Below, in pieces: positions 1 through 9,925 of a DNA stretch of 64,000 bases; position 1 is the stretch's first letter; the number at the start of each line of letters is the position of its first letter. Source of the DNA: a virus; the IMG/VR virus record IMGVR_UViG_3300025121_000023, positions 48,561 to 112,560 of that record; one strand, given 5' to 3'. Both the position numbers and the translations under genes were made by a program. A model generated the notes under the pieces. It was not told the DNA's origin. It ran no database searches and was given only the letters and a program-made list of their open reading frames with translations.

Positions 1-870
1 ATATATAGGACAATCTTCATCACTATTTTGTCTACTTTTATGTAAATATCCATTTGATTTAATATATGATAAAAATTTAATTAAATGATTATTTGAATTA
101 TAATATATTCTATCTACAAAATATTTATTTTTAACTTGTTTATCATTTATTTCAGAAAGTTTCCATATTAAAGCTCTACCATCTATTTTACTTTTATCTT
201 TTTCATTATGTAAAATTATCAGTCGTACTGTAGGTGAATTTATAGCATAAAATTTTAAAAATCCACTACACATAGCTTTATTCATACAAGAATTTGTTAA
301 TGGTGTATTTATATCAAAATATGCAATTTGATTTTTATTATAATAATGCACAATATCATCACCTTGTACTATTTCGAATAAATCATAATCTTTTGTTAAT
401 ACAGTGGCATACATGTCCATAAATGATTGTATATCATTATCTGGATATCCGTTTGGTTTAAATTCATTAGGAAATAATTTATTTATTAATTTACCTATTT
501 TTATTTTTATTTTATATTTTTTTAATTCATTTTCATAGAAATTGATATAGCTTTTAATAGTATAATTATTATAATTATTAATTTTATTAATATCATTGTG
601 TATAATATCTATAATTTTATTAGATGTAATAAAAGATAATTTATCTTTTTCGTCATAAATAACATCTAACATCGTTTCTTTTTTATATTCTTCTTCTTTT
701 GATGTTTTTAATAATTTATATGCAATTGGATGTATTATTTCTTTTAAAATTGCTTTTAAATTATCTGATAAATAAAAAGGTAAAGCACCATCTTTTATTG
801 ATAAATCATCAGAATAATATTCTAATATTTTATCTATTCTATAATCATCAAAATATTTTATTATTTTCAT
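1..870 (-). CDS. Partial (runs off the window start) paralog of the 27275 and 29094 proteins, unknown function
   Basis: Manual translation from ATG at 870 gives MKIIKYFDDYRIDKILE...LPFYLSDNLKAILKEIIHPIA. It later contains NSCM, GRALIWK and DRIYY motifs shared with 27275/29094. Not in the ORF track. Confidence 0.8.
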   Translation of the reverse strand, partial: MKIIKYFDDYRIDKILEYYSDDLSIKDGALPFYLSDNLKAILKEIIHPIAYKLLKTSKEEEYKKETMLDVIYDEKDKLSFITSNKIIDIIHNDINKINNYNNYTIKSYINFYENELKKYKIKIKIGKLINKLFPNEFKPNGYPDNDIQSFMDMYATVLTKDYDLFEIVQGDDIVHYYNKNQIAYFDINTPLTNSCMNKAMCSGFLKFYAINSPTVRLIILHNEKDKSKIDGRALIWKLSEINDKQVKNKYFVDRIYYNSNNHLIKFLSYIKSNGYLHKSRQNSDEDCPIY

Positions 871-908
871 TAATGAAATTCATTTTTTTTTATATTATAA
901 ATTATTTT

Positions 909-2345
909 TTAGTCACTTGTTTTTACTCTTGGTACCATTTGTTTTGCAACTTCTGCACCTAATAAATCATATAATATTGATGTTTCGTTTGCTTGTCCTT
1001 TTTTACCTTCTCCACCAGCTTGATTAATAAATACTTCTGGCCATTTTGTATTTGCTAAGTTTTTAGAAACAGCATTTTGAATATCAAATGTCCATTTCAT
1101 TTTTTCTTGAGGTGTTAAACCAGCACTTACAAGTTTTTGATTTTCATAAGCTTGTGCGTCAGCAGCAACTTTTTTAGATTTTGCATCAATAACTGCTTTA
1201 TCAAATAGTGTTTTTGATTCAGTTAAAGCGAATATGGCAACTTTAGCATTTGTTTCCGCAGTAATAGTTTTTTCTATTTGTAGTTTTTCTAATCTAGCTT
1301 GTTCTCCTGCTTTATTAGCTTCACCTTCTTCATATAAACGTTTTCTATTATATACCGCTTTTTCTGCCATTTGTTTTTCTAATTGTGTAGCAGCAACTTG
1401 CTCTTTTTGTTTATCTAAACGTTCATCAAATTTATCTTCCCAATCAATTTTATTAACAACGGCAAGAATAACTTTTAATCCATATACATCTCTTAATGAT
1501 TCACCAGTTCTAACAGGTTCTAAAACTCCTTGTGAATTTTTAGCATATTTAATTTTATATTTTTTTCTTTCTCCGTTAGAATTATCATTTACTGTTCGTG
1601 TTTTACCAAGTTTACCAATAGTATCAGCATCTTGATGATTTGACACTTCTTCTAATTCATACATACCATTTTCTAATTGATCTGCAAATGCTCTATCAAA
1701 TTCAGCAGAAGCACCAGCAATATAATCTTGAGCTGACATAAGTTTAGCAGTATTTTTTAAAACAGCATCTCTAAATGGTATAATACGAGAATATACAAGA
1801 TTACGTTCAGAACGATTATCTGTTGCAACTTTTAAGAATTTAGATTCGTGTTCAATGTTTATACTAATAACAACTGTATTAGCTACATCACCTTTTACAG
1901 CATCATTAAATTCTCGTTCAGTAGATTTAACAATATAAGTATATTCTGATTCTTGTTTTATTTCTGTTTCAGGTAAAACATCTTTAATAGATATTTGATG
2001 TGAAATATCAATCAATCTACCCCACCATTTTGTTTTAATACCTTGTGACATAACAGGTTTAGCAGTACCCCATAAGTATTGAACAGCATAAGCTTTTCCA
2101 GGTTGTGCATAAAAGAAAGCACCAGGTATTGCTAGAACAAACAATCCAATTAGAAATATACCTAGTGATTTTTTCCAAGTAAAATTTAACAAAAAATCAG
2201 GAGATTTGCGAGCTACTAATTTATTAATCATTTGATTGTTTCTACCTAAAGATTGTTGTACAACATCTTCTCGATGTAAAAAGGGTTTCATAACTAATGT
2301 TGCAATAGATAAAAGCAACAAAATAATTCCAATAAGTGTAATCAT
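909..2345 (-). CDS. SPFH/band-7 (prohibitin/flotillin-like) membrane protein
   Basis: Two N-terminal hydrophobic segments, an SPFH-like core and an A/E/K-rich coiled coil ending in GLTPQEK. Confidence 0.7.
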   Translation of the reverse strand: MITLIGIILLLLSIATLVMKPFLHREDVVQQSLGRNNQMINKLVARKSPDFLLNFTWKKSLGIFLIGLFVLAIPGAFFYAQPGKAYAVQYLWGTAKPVMSQGIKTKWWGRLIDISHQISIKDVLPETEIKQESEYTYIVKSTEREFNDAVKGDVANTVVISINIEHESKFLKVATDNRSERNLVYSRIIPFRDAVLKNTAKLMSAQDYIAGASAEFDRAFADQLENGMYELEEVSNHQDADTIGKLGKTRTVNDNSNGERKKYKIKYAKNSQGVLEPVRTGESLRDVYGLKVILAVVNKIDWEDKFDERLDKQKEQVAATQLEKQMAEKAVYNRKRLYEEGEANKAGEQARLEKLQIEKTITAETNAKVAIFALTESKTLFDKAVIDAKSKKVAADAQAYENQKLVSAGLTPQEKMKWTFDIQNAVSKNLANTKWPEVFINQAGGEGKKGQANETSILYDLLGAEVAKQMVPRVKTSD

Positions 2346-2454
2346 AATTTTTATTTGTTTTTAATTAATACTAATTTAATGTTTTTTATTTTATAATTTA
2401 ATAGATATTAATCTATTAAGGAGAATCTTTATTTCTATATTTTTTCGGCATATA

Positions 2455-2817
2455 TTAATGTTTAAATTTATTAAAATTGGCAATTCTTTGTATTTGTTCA
2501 CCAGTAAAACCAGCTTTTACTAATGCTTTTCTAAATGGTTTCCATACATTTTGTATTTGTGGTTCACCATTAGAAAAACCAGTATAATCAAATGTTCCCC
2601 ATCGTTGAACTACAGCTTTAGTTCTTCTGACTAATTTTTCATTATCCTGAATTAATTTAGCCATTGATGTAGCACTTGATTCAAATGGTGATCCATTTCC
2701 AAAAGAAGTACTTTTTTGCCAAGCTAACCCTTCAGCTCTTTCAATATCTTTATTAGTTGGCACCAAAATATCAACATCTATATCACAAGCTTTAAGCTTT
2801 ACTTTTGTTGTAGACAT
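2455..2817 (-). CDS. Hypothetical protein
   Basis: 120-aa ORF in the same orientation as its neighbours. Confidence 0.65.
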   Translation of the reverse strand: MSTTKVKLKACDIDVDILVPTNKDIERAEGLAWQKSTSFGNGSPFESSATSMAKLIQDNEKLVRRTKAVVQRWGTFDYTGFSNGEPQIQNVWKPFRKALVKAGFTGEQIQRIANFNKFKH

Positions 2818-2821
2818 AATT

Positions 2822-3102
2822 TTAATATTTAAGTTGTTCTATTTTCTTTTGAATATGTTTTATTTTTTTTGCTTTATTTCTATAAAAATCAGATACATAT
2901 TGTTTATAAAACCTTTGTTCATCTGAATTATTTGATATAGCTAAATAAGATATATGATTAGGTATTTCCTCATCTTGTGTATTATAAAGTTGTTTTTTAT
3001 AATACTTTATTGATTTACGTAATCTCCAATAACGTTTTGTAAATACTTTATTGATTTACGTAATCTCCAATAACGTTTTGTAAATATTCTAAATATTTTC
3101 AT
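2822..3102 (-). pseudogene. Small ORF frameshifted by a 41-bp tandem duplication
   Basis: Removing one copy of the 3001-3082 duplication restores a 79-aa ORF, MKIFRIFTKRYWRLRKSIKYYKKQ...IEQLKY*. Confidence 0.65.
3001..3082. repeat. Perfect 41-bp tandem duplication
   Basis: aatactttattgatttacgtaatctccaataacgttttgta occurs twice in tandem. Confidence 0.95.
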
Positions 3103-3105
3103 TTT

Positions 3106-3516
3106 TTATAAATTTCCAATTATCCATTCATCACCAATCATTTCTAAACATGATTCTCTATCATCATTAAACCCATGCCAATTATTTGCCCATTCTTTTA
3201 ATGATAGATATAATTTTTTTAAATAATCATATCTATCATCATCATTTTTAAATTTTTTTTCTACTTCACTTCCCATATTATCAAAAGTAGGAATATAAAA
3301 ATAATCTACTCTATTAATAATACTTCCAGATACATAGAATTTACTTACAGCAATATTTAACCTTTCTTTCGATGTGTATTTTTCTTCATAATTACTATCA
3401 AAATCATATTCAAATCTTTTATCTTTTTCTATAAATTTAATTTTAATTAAATTTACAACATCTCCGTTATTGATTATATTAAGTAATCTTATTTTTAATT
3501 TTAATTTTATTTTCAT
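3106..3516 (-). CDS. Hypothetical protein
   Basis: 136-aa ORF. Confidence 0.6.
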   Translation of the reverse strand: MKIKLKLKIRLLNIINNGDVVNLIKIKFIEKDKRFEYDFDSNYEEKYTSKERLNIAVSKFYVSGSIINRVDYFYIPTFDNMGSEVEKKFKNDDDRYDYLKKLYLSLKEWANNWHGFNDDRESCLEMIGDEWIIGNL

Positions 3517-3561
3517 AATAGTTTGTAAATGTATAAATTATTTTTTATATTTCCTAATTTA

Positions 3562-3843
3562 TCATTTTTTTTCTAAATATCCTAATTTCATTAGTTTTAT
3601 AACACCATCATTAATTTCAGATTTTGTTAAAGTAAATCCAGAATATTCAAATTCGTTTTCGATTGCATCATATAAAATATCATCTAATTGAAAACGTTCA
3701 GCTATATTTCCATCAATCCATCCACATAATAATGATAATAATTTAATGTGATTTTTTGTTCTTTTATTCCAATTATCTAAATCATCACTTAGTGGGAACA
3801 AATCATTATGTTCTTCATATTTATCTGTTAATCCAAAATACAT
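3562..3843 (-). CDS. Hypothetical protein
   Basis: 93-aa ORF preceded by a TATCTTTG promoter element at about 3877-3884 on the minus strand. Confidence 0.6.
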   Translation of the reverse strand: MYFGLTDKYEEHNDLFPLSDDLDNWNKRTKNHIKLLSLLCGWIDGNIAERFQLDDILYDAIENEFEYSGFTLTKSEINDGVIKLMKLGYLEKK

Positions 3844-3951
3844 ATAATAATTTTAATTTTATTTTAAAATCAGATACAAAGATATAATTAATATTTTAAA
3901 CCACCAAATCTTTTTACCTTTTTGACCATCAAATTTTTATATATAGATAAT

Positions 3952-4710
3952 ATGGTAGTTAGTGAAACAGTTGAAATAAATATTGAACGTAGAAATATAA
4001 CTTTTTATAGAAAATTAGGCTATGAGTTAAAAGTTGGAACAAAATTAGTAATTCCAGTTAATCAATTAATGATAGGCGCTAAAAATAAAATAAAAATATT
4101 TTGTGATATATGTAATATACATTTTTATGTAGTATATAAAGATTATTTAAATTCTAATAAAAACCATAATTTTGATGTGTGTAATAAATGTAAATTTGAA
4201 AAAATTAAAATAACTAATAATAAAAAATATGGGTGTGATTCACCATTACAAAATAATAAAATATTACAAAAATTTATTGAAACTAATAATAAAAAATATG
4301 GTGGAAATTCTTCTAGTAATAGCCAAAAAGTATTAGATAAACAAAGAAAAACTAGAATTAAAAATAAAATAGAAATACCATCTGATATACCTATTGGAGA
4401 ATTTAAAAAATATAGAAACAGAGTAGATACATTTACTAATAAAAATAAAAAAGAATTATTTAATAGTTGGAATGGTTATGATTTTTATGATGGAGAATAT
4501 ATTAAAGATAATCTTAAATTACATTTTAATGGTAAAAATTATCCTACAATAGAACATAAAACATCTGTATTTTATGGATTTATGAATAAAATATCTGAAG
4601 AAGAAATATCCAAATTAGAAAATCTGGCTATTACTAAAAAAAGTATAAATAGTTCAAGAGGAAATAAAAATTTTGATTTATTCAGAGAAAGTTTTAATAA
4701 AATTATTTAA
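3952..4710 (+). CDS. Putative HNH-type free-standing homing endonuclease (family A)
   Basis: CxxC zinc motifs, KKYG repeats and a C-terminal YPTIEHK...NLAITKKSINSS. Paralog of 31231. ATG at 3952 is preferred over TTG at 3922. Confidence 0.65.
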   Translation: MVVSETVEINIERRNITFYRKLGYELKVGTKLVIPVNQLMIGAKNKIKIFCDICNIHFYVVYKDYLNSNKNHNFDVCNKCKFEKIKITNNKKYGCDSPLQNNKILQKFIETNNKKYGGNSSSNSQKVLDKQRKTRIKNKIEIPSDIPIGEFKKYRNRVDTFTNKNKKELFNSWNGYDFYDGEYIKDNLKLHFNGKNYPTIEHKTSVFYGFMNKISEEEISKLENLAITKKSINSSRGNKNFDLFRESFNKII

Positions 4711-5904
4711 GTATTCTTGATATTCTAACTCATTTGGAGATTTTGTAATTACCCGAATTAATTGTGGAATAATTTCTCCCTTCTTCGCTATTTCTACTGT
4801 ACAACCAGGATATACTTTATTTTCTATAATCCAACCTAAATTATGTAAACTTGCTCTTTTAACTATTGTGCCATCTAATTCAGTTGGATGAAATAAAGCT
4901 ATAGGGGTAAGTTCACCATCTTTACCTAAATTCCATATAATATCATTTATAACTGTTTCTACTTTATTAGGTACAAATTTAACTGCACAAGCCCAATGAG
5001 GATGATGATTATTTTCACCTAATTCTTTCCAATATTTAGGTGGAAAATTTAATACTATACCATCTAAAGCATATTCACAATTAGCTCTATATTCTTTAAA
5101 TTTAGGATAAATTTCATTAAAAAAATGATTAAAATTGGTAGTTTCTAATGAAAATATATCACCAAATCCAATACTTTTAAGAGTATCTAATTGATTTTCT
5201 GGTCTAATAATTGTATCACCATCAAATATATCCATTCTAAAAGCAACAAAGCTCATATCATTAATAATTTCGGTAGGAACACCATCTGGTGTATTTAAAA
5301 TTCCAGCTAACCAATTACGAGGATTATCAACTTTATTTGGGTTTGAATATTTTTCTTCCCATATAGCAGTAGGTATAATTACTTCACCTCTAATAACTAC
5401 TTTTTTAAATACTTTGTATTTATCAGGTAATGTATTAGGAACTAATAATTTGATTTTTTCTGTTCGGTCTAAACCGCCACCTTCTTCTTCATTACCACGT
5501 GTTAAGGCAATATATAAGCATCCATAGTGGTAATTAATTTCCATAGAGTTTCCATCAAGTTTAGGTGTGCAAGTTATTATAGGATTTACTACTTTATTAA
5601 AAAAGTTTTTAATATCAATAGGATATAATTCTTCATCAACAGGTTGAGTAACCTGATATTTTTTTAATGATTGCATTGGAAAGGTATGATGAAAACGTAA
5701 TTCACGTTCACCTATTTTTAATTCTTCTACTAAATTATATTTTGCAAGAATTTCAAGAGATGGACAATCTATAATATTAGGTATTAAAGAACCCATTTCT
5801 CGAAGTTCGTTTTCTAATGTATCATAAACAGAATCAGATACTTCTGTTTTACCATTGTAATACAGATATTTCCATTTTAATAGAATTTTTTCCTTTTCGT
5901 ACAT
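4678..5904 (-). CDS. ligA: NAD+-dependent DNA ligase, Ia/adenylation/OB domains only
   Basis: YY.G...SD..YD domain Ia, KLDG motif I, ALTRG, RGEV, NPRN, DGIV, AVKF, RASLHN and GEIIPQ. The protein ends without Zn finger, HhH or BRCT domains. Confidence 0.9.
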   Translation of the reverse strand: MYEKEKILLKWKYLYYNGKTEVSDSVYDTLENELREMGSLIPNIIDCPSLEILAKYNLVEELKIGERELRFHHTFPMQSLKKYQVTQPVDEELYPIDIKNFFNKVVNPIITCTPKLDGNSMEINYHYGCLYIALTRGNEEEGGGLDRTEKIKLLVPNTLPDKYKVFKKVVIRGEVIIPTAIWEEKYSNPNKVDNPRNWLAGILNTPDGVPTEIINDMSFVAFRMDIFDGDTIIRPENQLDTLKSIGFGDIFSLETTNFNHFFNEIYPKFKEYRANCEYALDGIVLNFPPKYWKELGENNHHPHWACAVKFVPNKVETVINDIIWNLGKDGELTPIALFHPTELDGTIVKRASLHNLGWIIENKVYPGCTVEIAKKGEIIPQLIRVITKSPNELEYQEYLNNFIKTFSE

Positions 5905-5928
5905 TATTTAATTGATTAAAAATTATTT

Positions 5929-5976
5929 TACAAAGATATAATAAATTTCTTAAACAACAAGATTATTGAAGTTTTA
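5929..5976 (-). promoter_or_regulatory. Bacteroidota-type promoter within a 48-bp direct repeat (copy 1)
   Basis: Minus strand reads ...TTGTTG...TATATCTTTGTA, containing the TAnnTTTG -7 element. It is 47/48 identical to 6655-6702. Confidence 0.75.
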
Positions 5977-6633
5977 TGAATTTTTTTTTAATAGCTGATT
6001 AGTTATAATATTTATGAATTTTTTTATACCAACTGGTTCATATTGATAAATATCATTAAATATATCACTAGAATCATTAATATCTATAAGATAAAAAGTA
6101 GGACCACCACCTTCATCGGTAATTGCATCAAAATTAAATTTAACTGTTTTATCACCTAAATCGATTTCAGTTTTATATCCAATAGTCCATTTTATGCCAT
6201 TACGATTCATAACATCTTTACCTTCTAACGTAATTGCATTACCATTATGAGGAAGATAATTAATATCAAAACCAGCATCCAAAATAGATTTTGAAATAGA
6301 ACCAACAAATCTATTATCGAGTTTTTTATTACAAAGATAAGATAATTTATCAGAAAATTTATTTGGGACAGAATTTTCATCAAAAGTTATTTGAATTTCT
6401 TCTGTAGTTGCACCTAAAGTTAAAGCTTTATTTCCAAAATCAGAAAAAGAACCACTATATTTTTTCCATTTTTCATTATAATTAAGATTAAGACTATTAA
6501 GTTTTAATCCACTAACAAATCTAGCAATAGCTTTGTTTTTGTCTTTTATCATTTTTGCAACTAATTCACCATTTTCATTTTTTAATGATAAATTCAACAT
6601 ACGGTTCCAATCTTTATCTATTATTTTCACCAT
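5974..6633 (-). CDS. Hypothetical protein flanked by 48-bp direct repeats
   Basis: 219-aa ORF. Confidence 0.7.
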   Translation of the reverse strand: MVKIIDKDWNRMLNLSLKNENGELVAKMIKDKNKAIARFVSGLKLNSLNLNYNEKWKKYSGSFSDFGNKALTLGATTEEIQITFDENSVPNKFSDKLSYLCNKKLDNRFVGSISKSILDAGFDINYLPHNGNAITLEGKDVMNRNGIKWTIGYKTEIDLGDKTVKFNFDAITDEGGGPTFYLIDINDSSDIFNDIYQYEPVGIKKFINIITNQLLKKNS

Positions 6634-6654
6634 AATATAATATTTTAATTTGAG

Positions 6655-6702
6655 TACAAAGATATAATAAATTTCTTAAACAACAAAATTATTGAAGTTT
6701 TA
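6655..6702 (-). promoter_or_regulatory. Bacteroidota-type promoter within a 48-bp direct repeat (copy 2)
   Basis: Same sequence as 5929-5976 with one mismatch. Confidence 0.75.
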
Positions 6703-6766
6703 AATTATTTTTAAATGTTGTATATCAAGAACAGGGACTATACATAAAAGTATTATAAGTTAATAT

Positions 6767-7900
6767 TTAATTAATTCCGAAATATCCTTTTAAAGCTTTT
6801 TTACCTTCTTCTTCCATAATATTTATAATTCTTCTATTATTTTCTAATATTATAATATTTAAATAATAAAGAATTTTAATAAATTTATCTAATTCACTTG
6901 TAGTTATTTTTGCACCACTTAATTCAGATAATTCTACAATTGTATTTGTAGTAGGAATTCTATCACCTTTTTGTTTAACTTTACCATAAATTAATTCTAA
7001 TAAGAAATTAAATTTATGCCATTTTCTAAATTCGGGAGTACTAATAATAGTATCTTCATATTCTAATATGACTTTATAATCATAAAATTTATCAAAATAA
7101 ATACCTAACATAATTATAATTTCTATTGCACTTGAAATTAAAATTAATGCCCAAATATTTGTTTTATTTTCTTCTACACTTGATTCTAATTTAGTAGTTT
7201 CAGTTTGAATAATTCTGTTAGCATCAGAATCTCTTCTATCTTCGTAACTTCTGATTAATGCATTGTTATTATCTATTTTAATATTATTAGCACTTATTAA
7301 ATTGGTATATTTAGTTTTATAATTAGTTTTAGATGCTTGATTTGAATAATCAGTATTTTGTTCATTTAATAATTTATTTTCATCCATTAAAGGTTTAATA
7401 TATTGTTCAAAATAAAATGTATTTATTGAATCTACTTTCGTATTTATTTTATTTTCTGTTGTAGTTTTAAATACTTCTTGATTATCAACAAATCGTTTAG
7501 CACCATTTAAACTAAAATAAAAAGAACCTAATACAAGTATTGATACACCTATTAAAAACCCTACCATAGAAGATTTAAATAAATCAAATCCTCGTTTAAT
7601 AAATTCAAGACTAAACATCCCAAATACAAATCTTTTTAATAATTCAAACATTGTTAAAAAAAATATTATTCCAAATGTTATAAAAATACTATTACTAATA
7701 TCATTAAATGAACTAAAAAATATGGCTTGTAAAAAGAAAAAAGCAAGAAATACAGATACACCGTTACCAAACCAAGAAAACCAATATAAAAATTTATCTA
7801 CCCATTTAAATCTTTCTGAATAACTCTTTACTAACGTTCTACTTTTTAACTCGATATATTTATCGAAATTTATTTTTGATTTGTTTATATTGTCAAACAT
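6767..7900 (-). CDS. Multi-pass membrane protein with coiled coil
   Basis: Three N-terminal hydrophobic helices, a coiled-coil region, then a fourth hydrophobic helix. Confidence 0.7.
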   Translation of the reverse strand: MFDNINKSKINFDKYIELKSRTLVKSYSERFKWVDKFLYWFSWFGNGVSVFLAFFFLQAIFFSSFNDISNSIFITFGIIFFLTMFELLKRFVFGMFSLEFIKRGFDLFKSSMVGFLIGVSILVLGSFYFSLNGAKRFVDNQEVFKTTTENKINTKVDSINTFYFEQYIKPLMDENKLLNEQNTDYSNQASKTNYKTKYTNLISANNIKIDNNNALIRSYEDRRDSDANRIIQTETTKLESSVEENKTNIWALILISSAIEIIIMLGIYFDKFYDYKVILEYEDTIISTPEFRKWHKFNFLLELIYGKVKQKGDRIPTTNTIVELSELSGAKITTSELDKFIKILYYLNIIILENNRRIINIMEEEGKKALKGYFGIN

Positions 7901-7934
7901 ATGTATTTTTATTTTATTTTAATTATGTATTTTA

Positions 7935-8060
7935 TATAGTTCTGTATTTTGATGACAAATAATGACATCTGATACATTTTTTTCCTAATTCAACGACAAA
8001 ACTATTGTTTCATCTCCAAAGGCGTTAATTTGGGTGAACTCGACCCTATTTATTTTATCA
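7935..8060 (-). ncRNA. Candidate TnpB omega/reRNA scaffold 3' part and right-end hairpin
   Basis: A GC-richer structured segment (GGGTCGAGTTCACCC...GTCGTTGAATTAGGAA) overlaps the tnpB 3' end, followed by the hairpin TGTAT..GATGTCA-TTATT-TGTCATC..ATACA. Boundaries are approximate. Confidence 0.5.
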
Positions 8061-9184
8061 TCTTTAATTGATTTCAATCTTATACCTTCATTTTTAATGT
8101 TTATTGCTGCGTTTAAATCCCTGTTTAGTACAGAATTGCATTTTGAACAAGTCCATTCTCTATCTTTCATAGTTAATTTATCATTTTTAACTCCACAACA
8201 ACTACATTTTTTTGATGATGGAAAAAATCTATCAATTTGTATTACTTCTCTATCATACCATATAGCTTTGTATTCTAAAATTGTTTTAAATTTATTTAAT
8301 GATAATTCTTGAATTGATTTAGCTAAATGATGATTTTTTAACATTCCACTTACATTTAAGTCTTCAATAACTATAGTTTGGTTTTCTCTAAGTAATTGAT
8401 TAACTACACTATGTAAATAGTTTTCTTTTATATTTGTTATTTTTTCATGATATTTTGATAATTTTATCCTTATTTTTTGTTTATTTTTTGAACCTTTTTG
8501 TTTTCGTGAAAGCAACTGATTTAACCTTTTAAGTTTTTTTTCATTATTTCTAGTTGATTTTATATTTTTAAATACTTGGTTATCAGATGATACGATAAAA
8601 TCTTTTATACCTAAATCAATACCTATAATATTATTTTTAGGTTTTTGTAATATTTTATTTGGCTTATCAATTAAAATGCTAAAATAATATTTATTTGATT
8701 TAGTTTTAGTTAATGTACCAGATTTAATTAAATATTTATTTTTATTTAAATAAATTTCATCTTGTCTTGAACATTTAAAATGAATATCTTTTAATGGTCT
8801 AATTATATTTATTCGATTTCCATTGATTTTACCGATGGCATCAACAGGAAATCTACAAGATTGTTTGTTGTGTTTTGATTTAAATTTTGGAAATCCATTA
8901 CCATTACTAAAAAATGATTTATAAGCAATATCTAAATTAACTAAACTCTGTTGTAAAACCTTTGAATGGCTATCTTTTAACCAATTAAATTCTTCGATTG
9001 CTTTTAAATTAGTTAAATATTTTCCTGTTTCTACAAAAGAAACTGATTTTTTATGATTATTATATTGATCAATTTTATGAGCTAAACAATTGTTATAAAC
9101 AAATCTGGATGATCCAATTAATTTATTCACATAAATTGTTTGTTCATTATTTAAATATAATCTTGTTTTTATTGCTTTTAACAT
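7985..9184 (-). CDS. tnpB: RNA-guided endonuclease TnpB (IS200/IS605/IS607 family), no adjacent TnpA
   Basis: N-terminal HTH (IGSSRFVYN), GFPKFKSK, RuvC-I GIDLG, RuvC-II IEDL, Zn ribbon SSKKCSCC...WTCSKC and RuvC-III RDLNAAINI. Confidence 0.92.
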   Translation of the reverse strand: MLKAIKTRLYLNNEQTIYVNKLIGSSRFVYNNCLAHKIDQYNNHKKSVSFVETGKYLTNLKAIEEFNWLKDSHSKVLQQSLVNLDIAYKSFFSNGNGFPKFKSKHNKQSCRFPVDAIGKINGNRINIIRPLKDIHFKCSRQDEIYLNKNKYLIKSGTLTKTKSNKYYFSILIDKPNKILQKPKNNIIGIDLGIKDFIVSSDNQVFKNIKSTRNNEKKLKRLNQLLSRKQKGSKNKQKIRIKLSKYHEKITNIKENYLHSVVNQLLRENQTIVIEDLNVSGMLKNHHLAKSIQELSLNKFKTILEYKAIWYDREVIQIDRFFPSSKKCSCCGVKNDKLTMKDREWTCSKCNSVLNRDLNAAINIKNEGIRLKSIKDDKINRVEFTQINAFGDETIVLSLN

Positions 9185-9404
9185 TTTTAAATTATTGTTA
9201 GTTTTTTACTTACATTATATATTAAATAAAAAATATGATATTTTTCCATTTTAAAAAAGTGATTATAATTGACAATATTTTACATTATTTGTCGTTAAAA
9301 AATATAAATATACTTAATACTTTTTACTTATATATTTATTATAATAAATAGTTTATTTAAAAACAATTTTTTTATATATAATTAATATAAAACTAAATAT
9401 ATAG

Positions 9405-9923
9405 ATGAAAAAATTTAAGGAATTTATTAACGAAAATATAAAAAGTATACTAAAAGGTAAATCTGATGAAGATGTTATTGAACAATTAAAAAAATTAGAT
9501 AATAATGAAAGAATTCAAAAAATAATTGAATTACAGTCATATTGGGAATTATTACCAAGAGATTTAAAAGGAGTTTGTATTTTTTTTGGAGATTTAATAT
9601 TAAATGGTGATGAAGGTCATAATAAATTAGAATTTTTACCACCCGATTTTATTGTTACTGGTGATTTAGATGTTAGTTATAATGAAATTAGATATTTACC
9701 AAAAAACTTGATAGTTAAGGGTGATTTGGATTGTACAGATAATCAATTAACTGAAATACCAAAAGATTTAATTGTTGGTGGTATTTTATATATAGAATAT
9801 AATTATATAAAGGAAATACCAGAAACTATAAATGCTAGTGCAATTATATGTAGTAGACAAGACTTAGTACCTAAAAAAAAGGTAAAAAAACCAAAAAATT
9901 TTACAGGAAAATTTATTAATTAA
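9405..9923 (+). CDS. Leucine-rich repeat protein with capsid-targeting-like leader
   Basis: MKKFKEFINE leader followed by 20-aa GDLxxxxNxLxxLPxxLIV repeats. Paralog of 39153 and 39656. Confidence 0.75.
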   Translation: MKKFKEFINENIKSILKGKSDEDVIEQLKKLDNNERIQKIIELQSYWELLPRDLKGVCIFFGDLILNGDEGHNKLEFLPPDFIVTGDLDVSYNEIRYLPKNLIVKGDLDCTDNQLTEIPKDLIVGGILYIEYNYIKEIPETINASAIICSRQDLVPKKKVKKPKNFTGKFIN

Positions 9924-9925
9924 TT

